Source: an uncultured Deferribacteres bacterium
Lineage (GTDB): Bacteria; Zhuqueibacterota; Zhuqueibacteria; Zhuqueibacterales; Geothermadaptataceae
NCBI GenBank assembly: GCA_964014485.1
Contig: CAXHAT010000107.1
Coordinates: 1 to 26,434 of the forward strand
Direction of reading: 5' to 3'
Length of the DNA: 26,434 nucleotides
Positions within the stretch are counted from its first letter, which is position 1. Each line of letters begins with the position of its first letter. Shown one piece after another: positions 1 through 9,028 of the stretch. A model generated the notes under the pieces. It did no database searches. It saw only the letters and a list, made by a program, of their open reading frames with translations, and was not told the origin of the DNA. Position numbers and translations under genes: made by a program.

Positions 1-177
1 GAAAGTGTCTCTCCCGGACAAATAGCTTTGATCGACGCGAAATCAGGCAGGCTGAAAATTTGTGCGAAAGACGGCGGCGTTTATTTAAACGAGCTTCAAA
101 TCGAAGGCAAAAAACGCATGAAAACAGCCGATTTTCTGCGCGGTCAGAAGGTTCAGATTGGTGATCGACTTGGTTAA
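1..177 (+). CDS. fmt: Methionyl-tRNA formyltransferase, C-terminal fragment (5' part outside window)
   Basis: Frame 1 reads ESVSPGQIALIDAKSGRLKICAKDGGVYLNELQIEGKKRMKTADFLRG...* (TAA 175-177). It matches the Fmt C-terminal 'LQxEGKKRMxxxDFLRG' motif and lies directly upstream of rsmB, the classic fmt-rsmB synteny. Confidence 0.9.
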   Translation, partial: ESVSPGQIALIDAKSGRLKICAKDGGVYLNELQIEGKKRMKTADFLRGQKVQIGDRLG

Positions 178-1483
178 TTCATTTGACCAATGCCGTGAAT
201 TAGCGGTTACTCTGCTGACGAAATCGGAGCTTTCCTCGGAATATATTGACCATCTGTTCGAAGCCTCTAAACCCATCTCCAGACTCAGTTCGCGTGACCG
301 TGCTTTGCTGCAAAATATCGTTTACGGCGTCTTACGCCAAAAAACATACCTGGACTTGATTCTGAAACACTATATTCGTCAAGGTTTTGAAGGCTTCCAG
401 GCGCGACTGAAAAATATTCTGCGCAGCGCAGTTTATCAAATCGTTTTTTTGGATCGCGTACCGAACTATGCCGCTGTTTCTGCGGCGGTTACAATGGCCA
501 AAAGGGGTGCTGGCCGCGATAAAGCGCCGCTGGTCAACGGCGTTTTGCGGAATTATATTCGGAACCCTTTTCAACCTGCGGAACCTGACGCCAACAGTTC
601 GATTACGGACGTCGCGGCCTACCACAATCACCCGGATTGGTTGGTCGAAAGATTTGTGCGGCAATTTGGGCAAACGGAAACCCTGGAATTGGTGAAGCAA
701 AATAATGTGACGCCGGAAGTCATACTCAAATATTTTGGAAAAAGAAGCAAAGCGCTAAAGGTTGACGGGATTGAGAAAATACCAGATATTCCTGGTTTCT
801 ATAAATTAACTGAACCCACTTTTCTTCATTCGATTTTAGCAAAAAAAGGCGGCGGATTCATCGTGCAGGACCCCAGCGCCGGGTTCGCCACCGCCTTGGC
901 GGATTTAAAAATCGGAGAACAAGTCCTGGATCTTTGCGCCGCGCCCGGAGGAAAAACGATTGCGATGGCAAAGGCGGTAGCAGAGAAAGGCAAGGTTGCC
1001 GCCTGCGACCTTTCGGCAAAGCGCGTACAAAAACTGCGACAAAATATCGAACGAATGCAGATAAAGAACGTGTCTGTGCTTGTGAGTGACGCACGGACGC
1101 TGGTTTACGATCCGGTTGACGTCGTTCTTATCGACGCGCCTTGTTCCGGCGTTGGCGTCTTGGCGAAAAGGGCGGATTTGCGCTGGAAACGCAAGCCGGA
1201 AGACTTCAAGAATTTGATCGAACTTCAGCGTGAAATTCTCGAAAACGCTGCAAAATTGGTAAAGCCGGGCGGTCGTTTGATTTATTCAACTTGCAGCATT
1301 GACAGAGAAGAAAACGACGATCAAATTGAGCATTTTTTATCAAATCACAAAGATTTTGTTTTGGAAAGCGCCGCCGATTTCGTGAACGAGAAGTTTGTCA
1401 GCGAAGAAGGCTTTGTGAAAACGGCGCCTCATAAACACCCCGGTTTCGACGGCTCCTTTGCGGCGAGACTGAGAAGAATTTGA
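158..1483 (+). CDS. rsmB: 16S rRNA (cytosine967-C5)-methyltransferase RsmB/Sun
   Basis: NusB-like N-terminus (YGVLR...LRSAVYQIVFLDRVP, VNGVLRN), plus QD, DLCAAPGGKT, DAPCSGxG and YSTCS motifs. The exact start is uncertain (TTG 158, GTG 161 or TTG 170). Confidence 0.95.
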   Translation: MVIDLVNSFDQCRELAVTLLTKSELSSEYIDHLFEASKPISRLSSRDRALLQNIVYGVLRQKTYLDLILKHYIRQGFEGFQARLKNILRSAVYQIVFLDRVPNYAAVSAAVTMAKRGAGRDKAPLVNGVLRNYIRNPFQPAEPDANSSITDVAAYHNHPDWLVERFVRQFGQTETLELVKQNNVTPEVILKYFGKRSKALKVDGIEKIPDIPGFYKLTEPTFLHSILAKKGGGFIVQDPSAGFATALADLKIGEQVLDLCAAPGGKTIAMAKAVAEKGKVAACDLSAKRVQKLRQNIERMQIKNVSVLVSDARTLVYDPVDVVLIDAPCSGVGVLAKRADLRWKRKPEDFKNLIELQREILENAAKLVKPGGRLIYSTCSIDREENDDQIEHFLSNHKDFVLESAADFVNEKFVSEEGFVKTAPHKHPGFDGSFAARLRRI

Positions 1484-1501
1484 GCTTCAGGAAATAGCAG
1501 T

Positions 1502-2266
1502 ATGGATATGTTTTTGCTTAGATTGCGGCATTTTTTTTCTAAAAAATACGTTCGCATTGGATTGTATATTTTGGGCGGGTTCTTGGCGTTTTTTCTGATT
1601 ATGGACAATATCGTCATGCCCACTTACACCAAACATGGCGAGGCCATTCCAACGCCCGACGTTTCAAAGCTGCGGTACGAAGCGGCGCGAAATAAACTCA
1701 GGTCGGAAGGTTTCGAAATTGTCCGCGTCGAAGAGCGATTCGATGACAAAACGCCCAGCGGTTATGTGATCGAGCAAACGCCGAAGCCAGGCATGTTGGT
1801 GAAGAGCGGGCGAAAAATCTACGTGATCTTGAGCCGCGGAACACGGAAATACGAAATGCCAAATTTGGTTGAGACGCCTATTGAAAATGCGAAATTTAAG
1901 CTAGACCGGGTCGGTTTGTCAATCGGCGAACGCACTTATGAACCTTCGGATTATTATTTTGAAGGCATGATTATTCACCAGTCAATTCCGGCTGGGGTTG
2001 AAGTGCAGCGCGGGGCCAAAATCGATCTAACCATCAGCGCCGGGCCGATTTCAGAGGAAGTTATTACGCCGCTGGTCGAAGGAAAAAGCCTGGACGCCGC
2101 CACCGAAGAATTAACCAGTCGAGGCCTCCGAATCGGCGAAATTAGCTATCAAGCGATGGATGGATTATTGCCGGAGACCGTGATCCGGCAATCGATTCAG
2201 GCCGGCACGCTGATTAATAAAAGCGAAAAAATTGACCTCGTTGTATCCACTCTCAGGCAGGACTAA
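1502..2266 (+). CDS. Membrane-anchored PASTA-domain protein (3 PASTA repeats, no kinase domain)
   Basis: One N-terminal TM helix, then three repeats (PDVSKL..GYVIEQTPKPG..VxSG; PNLVE..GMIIHQSIPAG; PLVEGKS..TVIRQSIQAG) typical of PASTA domains. Confidence 0.9.
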   Translation: MDMFLLRLRHFFSKKYVRIGLYILGGFLAFFLIMDNIVMPTYTKHGEAIPTPDVSKLRYEAARNKLRSEGFEIVRVEERFDDKTPSGYVIEQTPKPGMLVKSGRKIYVILSRGTRKYEMPNLVETPIENAKFKLDRVGLSIGERTYEPSDYYFEGMIIHQSIPAGVEVQRGAKIDLTISAGPISEEVITPLVEGKSLDAATEELTSRGLRIGEISYQAMDGLLPETVIRQSIQAGTLINKSEKIDLVVSTLRQD

Positions 2267-2268
2267 CC

Positions 2269-4173
2269 GTGTGCGGAATCTGCGGCATTTATGATGGGAA
2301 TCGTCTCGGCGAAGTAGAAAATACGCTCATTGCGATGCGTGACGTTATGACTGCGCGCGGCCCGGACGCCGCAGGGCTGCTTGTGCGAGAAAAGGTCGCT
2401 TTTGGGCACCGGCGCCTTTCCATCATCGACCTCAGCGATGATGCCAATCAACCCATGGCAAACGCCGCTGGGACGGTCTGGATCACTTTCAACGGGGAAA
2501 TCTACAATTTCATCGAAATCCGCGATGAGCTTGAAAAGTTAGGCAGGCGTTTTCGCACGCAATCTGACACTGAAACGATCATTCAAGGCTATGAAGTTTG
2601 GGGGCTTGAAAAGCTTTTGAATAAGCTCAACGGCATGTTCGCTTTTGCGCTGTGGGATGAAGAACAAGAATCTCTTTTTCTCGTCCGTGACCGTTTGGGC
2701 GTCAAACCACTGCTGTTTTGTCGACAGGGGGATCGCGTTTACTTCGCTTCCGATCTCAAGGCCATTCTCAGCGCTCTGCCGCAAGAGCCTGAGCTAAACC
2801 CCGCCGCCGTCGACCGCTTCCTGCATTATTATTGTTTGCCTCAAAGCATGAGCATTTTTAAAGGCGTGCGAAAGACGTCTCCAGGGTGTTTTGTGAAAAT
2901 CCGGGACGGCGAAATAACGGAACACCGATACTGGGACGTCGATTTCTCGAAAAAAAACAATGCTTTGTCGCAAGGAGATTGGCTGGAAAATTGTGAAGCA
3001 ATCTTGCGCGACGCCGTGCGTTGCCGTTTGCGCAGCGATGTTCCGGTGGGCGCTTTTCTGAGCGGCGGCGTTGACTCCAGTCTAGTCGTTGCTCTGATGG
3101 CGCAGGAAAACGCCAATCCGCCCCAGACGTTTTCAATCGGTTTTAAGGAAGACGCATTCAATGAGCTGCCGTTCGCCAAAGCTGTTGCGGAAAGATACGC
3201 GACGCGCCACGAAGAGATCATTCTTGAGCCGAACGTTCGGCAGGATATTTTGAAGATCATCCACGCCTATGGCGAGCCTTTTGGCGATTCGTCGGCAGTT
3301 CCGACTTTTTATGTTTCACAAGCGGCGCGTCGATTCGTTAAAGTTGCGCTTTCCGGCGACGGCGGAGATGAAGCGTTTGGCGGCTATGATCCAATAAAGG
3401 CGACTTTCGCAAGCCAAAAACTTTTATCGTGGTTGCCCGATTTTGCTTTAGGCGCGCTCATGCGATCACAGTCTGGCAAGAGTGACGGCAGGTTCAAAAA
3501 GCTGCGAACGTTGATCAATTACCAGGAACTGACGCGCCACAATCGCGGGTGGGACAAATACGCGCTTTTTTCTCTCGAGCAAAAAAAACTGCTTTATAAC
3601 GACGCTTTCCTGAGTCGATTGAGCGTCATGAACGGCCATTTACACGATGCTGAAATCTTTGCACAAACGACCGGTCTGAGCGCGACGGACAAGATGTTGC
3701 ACCATGATTATCTTGCGCTCTTGCCGGATGACTATCTTGTCAAAGTTGACGTGGCTTCGATGCTAAATTCATTGGAAGTACGCTCGCCTTTTCTGGATTA
3801 TCGATTGGTCGAACTCATGGCAAGTGCGCCGGCTGAAGTTAAGCTGCGCATTAATAAACCAAAGTTTTTGCTTAAAAAGCTGGCGGAAAAATTTCTGCCG
3901 CAAGAAAATATCTATCGCCCCAAAGCCGGATTTGCCATGCCGGTCGGTTCGTGGTTTCAAAAAGATTGGGCGCAACTCATGCAAAGTTTGCTTGTTGAAG
4001 ACAGCCCGGAGATTCATCGTTTCTTTGATATGAGTGTCGTGAAATCAATGCTTGAGCAGCATGTGACGGGAAAACGAGAGCTTCAAAACCAGCTTTGGAC
4101 GCTCTTGACATTGGAGCTTTGGCTGCGCCTGTTTATTTCGAAAAGAGTCTCCGTAGGCGATATTTTGACATGA
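2269..4173 (+). CDS. asnB: Asparagine synthase (glutamine-hydrolysing) family amidotransferase
   Basis: MCGI Ntn N-terminus (GTG start), RGPD, GHRRLSIID, NGEIYN, SDTE, LSGGVDSS, SGDGGDE, EVRSPFLD and RPKAGF motifs. Confidence 0.95.
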   Translation: MCGICGIYDGNRLGEVENTLIAMRDVMTARGPDAAGLLVREKVAFGHRRLSIIDLSDDANQPMANAAGTVWITFNGEIYNFIEIRDELEKLGRRFRTQSDTETIIQGYEVWGLEKLLNKLNGMFAFALWDEEQESLFLVRDRLGVKPLLFCRQGDRVYFASDLKAILSALPQEPELNPAAVDRFLHYYCLPQSMSIFKGVRKTSPGCFVKIRDGEITEHRYWDVDFSKKNNALSQGDWLENCEAILRDAVRCRLRSDVPVGAFLSGGVDSSLVVALMAQENANPPQTFSIGFKEDAFNELPFAKAVAERYATRHEEIILEPNVRQDILKIIHAYGEPFGDSSAVPTFYVSQAARRFVKVALSGDGGDEAFGGYDPIKATFASQKLLSWLPDFALGALMRSQSGKSDGRFKKLRTLINYQELTRHNRGWDKYALFSLEQKKLLYNDAFLSRLSVMNGHLHDAEIFAQTTGLSATDKMLHHDYLALLPDDYLVKVDVASMLNSLEVRSPFLDYRLVELMASAPAEVKLRINKPKFLLKKLAEKFLPQENIYRPKAGFAMPVGSWFQKDWAQLMQSLLVEDSPEIHRFFDMSVVKSMLEQHVTGKRELQNQLWTLLTLELWLRLFISKRVSVGDILT

Positions 4174-4315
4174 TTTTTTGCTCAATATTCATCGAACCTA
4201 CAGCACTTGTTTGCTGTTAATCCGTTCATTAGTTTTGGGTAAGCTCTTCGAGTTGCTTCTCGACAAAGACTTCAATCGCGGTTGGTTAACTTCCGAGGAA
4301 CTCTCAGCCGGAGTG

Positions 4316-4434
4316 GGGCTGTCAAAAACATGATATTTTAAAGATGTGATACAACGTGTCGTAGGGGTTCAAAATCTTGAACCCCTACCAGCGGTATGCC
4401 TTTCATTAAAAAAAACTGTTTTGGGACAGCGCCC
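4316..4434. mobile_element. Putative non-autonomous MITE-like element (about 119 bp) enclosing the REP-like hairpin
   Basis: Imperfect terminal inverted repeats GGGCTGTCAAAAACA (4316-4330) and TGTTTTGGGACAGCGCCC (4417-4434) around an AT-rich interior. No transposase is present. Confidence 0.45.
4361..4388. repeat. GTAG-type REP-like perfect palindrome
   Basis: GTAGGGGTTCAA-AATC-TTGAACCCCTAC: perfect 12-bp stem with a 4-nt loop, starting with GTAG and without a U-tract. Confidence 0.75.
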
Positions 4435-4564
4435 AGCGAACGAAAAGCTGCTCAGCTTAAACAAATGCTGAAGCGTTTGACTCCCGAGAACTGCTGGACC
4501 AAGCCCGTGAGTTCTGTTGGGAAGCTGAACAATGAGCTCGGAAATATTTAATCTGACTTTGAAA

Positions 4565-5542
4565 ATGACTTACGCAACCATTGCCGAAATCCAGGCGGCG
4601 CGTGATCGACTTTCCAAATTTATTATCGAGACCCCGGTCGTAGCGGTCACTTCGCCGGTTGTTGAAGAGCGCATCGGCGAGACATCGGAAGTTTTCTTAA
4701 AACTCGAGTTGTTTCAGCACGGCGGCAGCTTTAAGCCGCGCGGCGCGCTGATGGTCATGCTGAATCTTGATCATGACGCCTTGGCGCAAGGTGTAACCGC
4801 CGTAAGCGCTGGAAATCACGCGATTGCCGTAGCTTACGCAGCAAAAGTGCTCGGCATTAGTGCGAAGGTGGTCATGACGCAAAGCGCGAATCCGTCTCGT
4901 GTTCAGCGCTGCAAAGATTTGGGCGCGGAAATCGTGCTCATGCCCGACGTTCACCAAGCCTTTGATGAAGTGCATCGAATTGAGCAGGAAGAAGAACGCG
5001 CGTTTGTGCATCCCTTTGAAGGGCCGATGACCTCGCTTGGCGTTGCCACGCTAGGTTACGAGCTTTGCAATCAAATTTCCGATCTCGATGCGGTCATAGT
5101 TCCGGTTGGCGGCGGCGGCCTGATCTCCGGCGTCGCGATGGCGGTGAAGCAAATGCAGCCGGAATGCAAAATATTTGGCGTTGAACCCGTGGGAGCGGAT
5201 TCTATGACGCGCAGTCTAAAATCCGGCAAGCCCGAATCGATCGACAAAGTCAGAACCATCGCCGATAGTTTAGGCGCGCCTCACGCCGCTCCCTACAGTT
5301 TTAGTTTATGTCAGGAATTTGTCGACGAAGTCGTTCTGGTGGATGACGACGTTCTGCGCCGGTCGATGGCCTTGATGTTTGCCGAAGCAAAATTAGCGGT
5401 TGAACCTGCGGGAGCGGCTGCGATGGCGGCGTTGTGCGGCCCTTTGCGAGAACGTCTTTCCGGCAAGCGGACAGGCTTGATCGTGTGCGGGGCGAATATT
5501 GATTTTAAAACGTTTTCCGAGTGTATTGCAAATTTTGTGTGA
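4565..5542 (+). CDS. PLP-dependent threonine/serine dehydratase family protein (no ACT domain)
   Basis: LKLELFQHGGSFKPRGA (PLP lysine), SAGNHA, VPVGGGGLISG, GVEP, EPAGAA and CGAN motifs. ATG 4565 is favoured as start over 4532. Confidence 0.9.
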   Translation: MTYATIAEIQAARDRLSKFIIETPVVAVTSPVVEERIGETSEVFLKLELFQHGGSFKPRGALMVMLNLDHDALAQGVTAVSAGNHAIAVAYAAKVLGISAKVVMTQSANPSRVQRCKDLGAEIVLMPDVHQAFDEVHRIEQEEERAFVHPFEGPMTSLGVATLGYELCNQISDLDAVIVPVGGGGLISGVAMAVKQMQPECKIFGVEPVGADSMTRSLKSGKPESIDKVRTIADSLGAPHAAPYSFSLCQEFVDEVVLVDDDVLRRSMALMFAEAKLAVEPAGAAAMAALCGPLRERLSGKRTGLIVCGANIDFKTFSECIANFV

Positions 5543-5556
5543 AAGCTAGAGAGAAT

Positions 5557-6069
5557 ATGATGAACAAGGTTTTACGTTTAGCGCTTCCTGTGCTGGTCTT
5601 TGCCTGCGGCGGAACGAAGGCGACCAAGCCCGGACTTGAAGACTCAAATCCGCAGGACGTTGCGCGCGCCGGCGTTTTGGACGAATCGTTTGATCCGTCA
5701 ACTTTGCGTGAACCGCCTATTCCGATCTTGCCCAAGAACCGGGAAACGGGGGCCGTGGAACAGGGCGCGGCGACTTCGGAAGAGCTGAAGGTGGAAGGCG
5801 AACAGGAAATGACCGGCTATCGGATTCAGATTTTGCAGACGGAGTTTGCCGAAGAAGCGAGAGAAATTCAAAAAGAAGCTCTACTGCTGGATCAGGAGAT
5901 TTACCTGACCTTTGATAACCCGTACTATAAAGTTCGCTTGGGCGATTTTCAGCGGAGATCAGATGCGGAAGAGTTTCTGGAAAACGTTCTCGACAAGGGA
6001 TTTCGTAACGCCTGGATCGTTCGAACAAAAATTAAACTGCAAGCTGAGCCAGACAAAGGGAGCGAGTGA
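5557..6069 (+). CDS. SPOR-domain lipoprotein
   Basis: Lipoprotein signal MMNKVLRLALPVLVFA-C and a C-terminal SPOR signature (GYRIQI...PYYKVRLGDF...GFRNAWIV). The start was moved from 5521 to 5557 or 5560. Confidence 0.85.
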   Translation: MMNKVLRLALPVLVFACGGTKATKPGLEDSNPQDVARAGVLDESFDPSTLREPPIPILPKNRETGAVEQGAATSEELKVEGEQEMTGYRIQILQTEFAEEAREIQKEALLLDQEIYLTFDNPYYKVRLGDFQRRSDAEEFLENVLDKGFRNAWIVRTKIKLQAEPDKGSE

Positions 6070-6116
6070 AAATTTCTAATTCCCCCGAAAGTGAGCGCCG
6101 CTTTGGGGAGCGTTGC

Positions 6117-6150
6117 GGCTATTGACGTTAATCGTTAACGGCCAATAGCC
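6117..6150. terminator. Hairpin between convergent genes (possible bidirectional terminator)
   Basis: GGCTATTGACGTTAA-TCG-TTAACGGCCAATAGCC near-perfect inverted repeat. A second hairpin lies at about 6082-6108. There is no strong U-tract. Confidence 0.45.
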
Positions 6151-6159
6151 CACAAATAT

Positions 6160-6633
6160 CTAATTGACCAGTCCAAAATCCGCCGTGAAATCAAGGCCGC
6201 TGGCTACCGGGGCTTCACTGGAAATAGTGACCGGCGTTGGGGAGCCGAGCAAGGTTTCGGAACCATCCGCACCGACGCTGTCCGGAAAAGCCCAATAAAC
6301 GCCGATGACGGTTACGTCTTGCGTCATGTCGTCCGGCGACCACGCCGCTGTTATCGCTGCGTAAGTTCTTTGCGCAACATCTTCAAATTTGTAATCCGCT
6401 GAAGCGCCTCGAGGATCAAAATCATTTTCTAACAGAGGAGCGTCCTGAGTCGGCCAATCCGCCCAAACGGCAACGTTAATCCGTCCGTCCGGGGGAAGGG
6501 AGCCTAAGAAAGAAATGGTTCCTGAAATTTCTGTCATCACAGGATCAGGTTGGTTGGTGGGAGTTGAATCGCCGCAACTCATCGAAGCGCCAAACGCTAT
6601 TATGCTCAAGGGGAGTGCGATCTGCTTCTTCAT
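6160..6633 (-). CDS. Hypothetical lipoprotein
   Basis: MKKQIALPLSIIAFGASMS-C lipobox-like signal and an acidic beta-rich body (ISGTISF...). ATG 6633 is preferred over the ORF start at 6654. Confidence 0.7.
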   Translation of the reverse strand: MKKQIALPLSIIAFGASMSCGDSTPTNQPDPVMTEISGTISFLGSLPPDGRINVAVWADWPTQDAPLLENDFDPRGASADYKFEDVAQRTYAAITAAWSPDDMTQDVTVIGVYWAFPDSVGADGSETLLGSPTPVTISSEAPVASGLDFTADFGLVN

Positions 6634-6720
6634 AAACGCCAAAACTGATTTCATTCCAAATAACTCCGAGATTACAATTTACGCCGAATTCAAAATCGGA
6701 CGATGCTACAATAATCCGCC

Positions 6721-6760
6721 AAAAAGAAAAAGCCTCAAAGTACAAAACTTTGAGGCTTTT
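6721..6760 (-). terminator. Rho-independent terminator downstream of the PQQ-like propeller gene
   Basis: AAAAGCCTCAAAGT-ACAAA-ACTTTGAGGCTTTT 14-bp perfect stem. On the minus strand it is followed by a T-rich run, about 25 nt after the stop at 6784. Confidence 0.85.
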
Positions 6761-6783
6761 CAGTAGTTCCCGAAGTTGGCGGC

Positions 6784-8127
6784 CTATTTTTCGGCGATGC
6801 AGTACAGGTTCTCTCTGCCTCGGAGATAAATCTCATTTCCAACGACTGCCGGAGAAGCGTCGAAGCCGTCTTGAAGTTGATTTTCCGCCAGTACTTCGAA
6901 AGCTTTTCCATGCTTGAGAACAACGGTCACGCCGTTTCTGCCAGGCAAATAAACCCGCCCGGAAGCGCCGACCGGCGAGGCGTAAACCCCGCGCATGCTT
7001 TCGATACGCTGCGTCGGATAAAGCGGTTCGCCCGTCTTGGCGTCAAAACAAGAGAGAATATTGTTGTTCCGCTTGAAAAAGTAAATTGCATTGTCGTAGA
7101 GCAGGGGGGAGGGGACATAAGGCGTGTCCTGATCATGCTGCCATAACACCGTCTCGCTTCCGGTAATGTCTCCCTTAGCTTTGGCTAAATCGATGGCGTG
7201 GAGAGCGTTGCCGCGAAATCCGCTCGCCACGTAAAGGACGCCGTCGCCGTACACGGGCGTTGGAATCGTGTTTGTCGTCATGCCGCCGGATTCCCAAATC
7301 ACGTCGCCGCTTTCAATATCATAGCCGCGCACGCGATTCGTAGCGTTGACGATGACTTGCGGTTTGCCGTTCACTTCAATTACCACAGGCGTGGCCCAGG
7401 AAGTGACTTCATCCCGCTGCTTGCGCCAAATCTCCTTGCCGGTGTTTTTGTTGAGACAAACGATGAAAGATTCGTCCTCATGATCCCAATTGATCACCAG
7501 CTTATCACCGTAAAGCGCGGGAGAACTCCCTTCGCCAAAACCGTTCCGCGTGCGCATGTCGCCCAGGTCTTTTTCCCAAACAAGATTACCTTTCATATCG
7601 AGGCAGTAGAGCCCGTTTGAACCAAAATATGCGAAAATGTGCTTGCCGTCAGTTACCGGCGAATTAGCCGACCAAGTGCCGTCGGGGTGGGTTCCCTCGT
7701 GCGGAGTCGCCTTGCGCAAAACTTTTTTCCATGCAACGCTGCCGTCTTTCCTGTTAATGGCCATGATTGCAAATTCTTGCTCCGAGGGCGTTACCCCGCG
7801 CCTTCTTCGCCGCTGGCCTGGCTGCGCCGCTTCTTCAGGTTCCGGCTGTTTTGCCTCGCCCATCGTGAGGCAAACATAGACGAAATCGCCCCAAACGATG
7901 GGCGATGAATTTCCTGCGCCGTTGAGCGGAATCTTCCAGCGAATGTTCTTTTCTTCGCTCCATTCAACGGGAGGGTTGGCTTTCTCCGCAACACCGTTCA
8001 TGTCCGGCCCGCGCCAGGCGGGCCAATTTTTGTCGCCTTCTTCATACATGGCGTTTGCGCCAAACAAAAGCAACGTGAGAAAAAGTGAGATTAGCAATTT
8101 CAAGAATTTCTGCATGACAGACCTCAT
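6784..8127 (-). CDS. Secreted PQQ-binding-like beta-propeller repeat protein (BamB/PQQ_2 family)
   Basis: Signal peptide, NWPAWRGP N-terminal motif, and repeated SSP/TP...G..W propeller blades (NSSPIVWG, ANSPVTDG, GSSPALYG, WATPVV, VPSPLLY, YASPV, DASPAV). Confidence 0.9.
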   Translation of the reverse strand: MRSVMQKFLKLLISLFLTLLLFGANAMYEEGDKNWPAWRGPDMNGVAEKANPPVEWSEEKNIRWKIPLNGAGNSSPIVWGDFVYVCLTMGEAKQPEPEEAAQPGQRRRRRGVTPSEQEFAIMAINRKDGSVAWKKVLRKATPHEGTHPDGTWSANSPVTDGKHIFAYFGSNGLYCLDMKGNLVWEKDLGDMRTRNGFGEGSSPALYGDKLVINWDHEDESFIVCLNKNTGKEIWRKQRDEVTSWATPVVIEVNGKPQVIVNATNRVRGYDIESGDVIWESGGMTTNTIPTPVYGDGVLYVASGFRGNALHAIDLAKAKGDITGSETVLWQHDQDTPYVPSPLLYDNAIYFFKRNNNILSCFDAKTGEPLYPTQRIESMRGVYASPVGASGRVYLPGRNGVTVVLKHGKAFEVLAENQLQDGFDASPAVVGNEIYLRGRENLYCIAEK

Positions 8128-8217
8128 CTGAAAATTACGTGGTGGTTGAATTCACATGGCTGGCGTAAGACATTATTTTGACAAAATGCTAACAAAAGCA
8201 AGAAAAACGTTATGAAC

Positions 8218-8994
8218 TCAAGCTTGATTTACGGCTGATCCGGCTCGTTGCAGTTCCTCGAGTCGCCGACAAGTCGTTGCCGGGTGATTCGTCAAAATGG
8301 CGTCGCAACCGAGTTTTAAATAATAGGGCAACCTTTTTTCAGGAGTCACATCCAGCGGACAGACCGCCTGGCCTTGCGCCTGCGCTGTTTGGACGTAACG
8401 CGGATTCAAATACAAAAGCGGCCAAAAGGGCCCCAAAACTTGTACGCCCGGTTCACGCCATGGCTTTGTCATACTGATCCAGCCCGTAAGCAAATCGCGC
8501 GAAACCGCCTGTACGGCCTTGATGCGCCGCAGAGAAAAAGAAAGTATGCCGATGCGCTCGAGCTTGCCGCTTGCCCGAAGCGTTTCGAAGAGACGCTGGC
8601 TGTGTTTCTTTTCGAGAAAACGGTTTGCTTTTAATTCCAAAAACAAAGCTCTGTCCTCAGGCAAAAAATCAAGCGTTTCTTCTAATGTCGGGATGCGTTC
8701 GTCTTCGAAATTATCGAAGCCTTTCGTTGCGCGATACTGCTTGATTTTTCTTAGCGACATTGTCGCCACTTCGCCGACGCCATTGGTTGTTCGATTTATA
8801 GTTGCGTCGTGGATGCAAACAAATTTCCCGTCTGAGGTTACCTGCAAGTCCGTTTCAATCATATCGGCGCCGTCCGCAACGGCTTGCTTGAACGCTGCCA
8901 TCGTGTTTTCCGGGCAAACATTTTTAGCGCCGCGATGCGCCATCACGTAAGGTTTGGATCTGCCCGGCAATTCCGGGATGGCTTTAGCGTACAC
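8218..8994 (-). CDS. Glycerophosphodiester phosphodiesterase (GDPD)
   Basis: AHRGA...PENTMAAF, IETDLQ.TSDG..VCIHD..INRTT, IPTLEE, FLELK and DAILTNHP motifs. The likely start is GTG 8994 after a GAAGGA RBS, which removes the overlap with the upstream gene. Confidence 0.92.
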   Translation of the reverse strand: MYAKAIPELPGRSKPYVMAHRGAKNVCPENTMAAFKQAVADGADMIETDLQVTSDGKFVCIHDATINRTTNGVGEVATMSLRKIKQYRATKGFDNFEDERIPTLEETLDFLPEDRALFLELKANRFLEKKHSQRLFETLRASGKLERIGILSFSLRRIKAVQAVSRDLLTGWISMTKPWREPGVQVLGPFWPLLYLNPRYVQTAQAQGQAVCPLDVTPEKRLPYYLKLGCDAILTNHPATTCRRLEELQRAGSAVNQA

Positions 8995-9028
8995 GTCAAG
9001 TCCTTCGATTTTATCAACGACCGGATGG

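Noticed and set aside
2269..4173. asnB as a lasso-peptide cyclase
   Set aside because: It has an intact Cys-initiated glutaminase domain, and there is no B1/B2 (PqqD or transglutaminase-like) gene or precursor peptide nearby.
7795..7815. RRRRR run in the PQQ-like propeller as a Tat motif
   Set aside because: It is internal (about residue 105), in a low-complexity loop. The protein has an ordinary N-terminal signal peptide.
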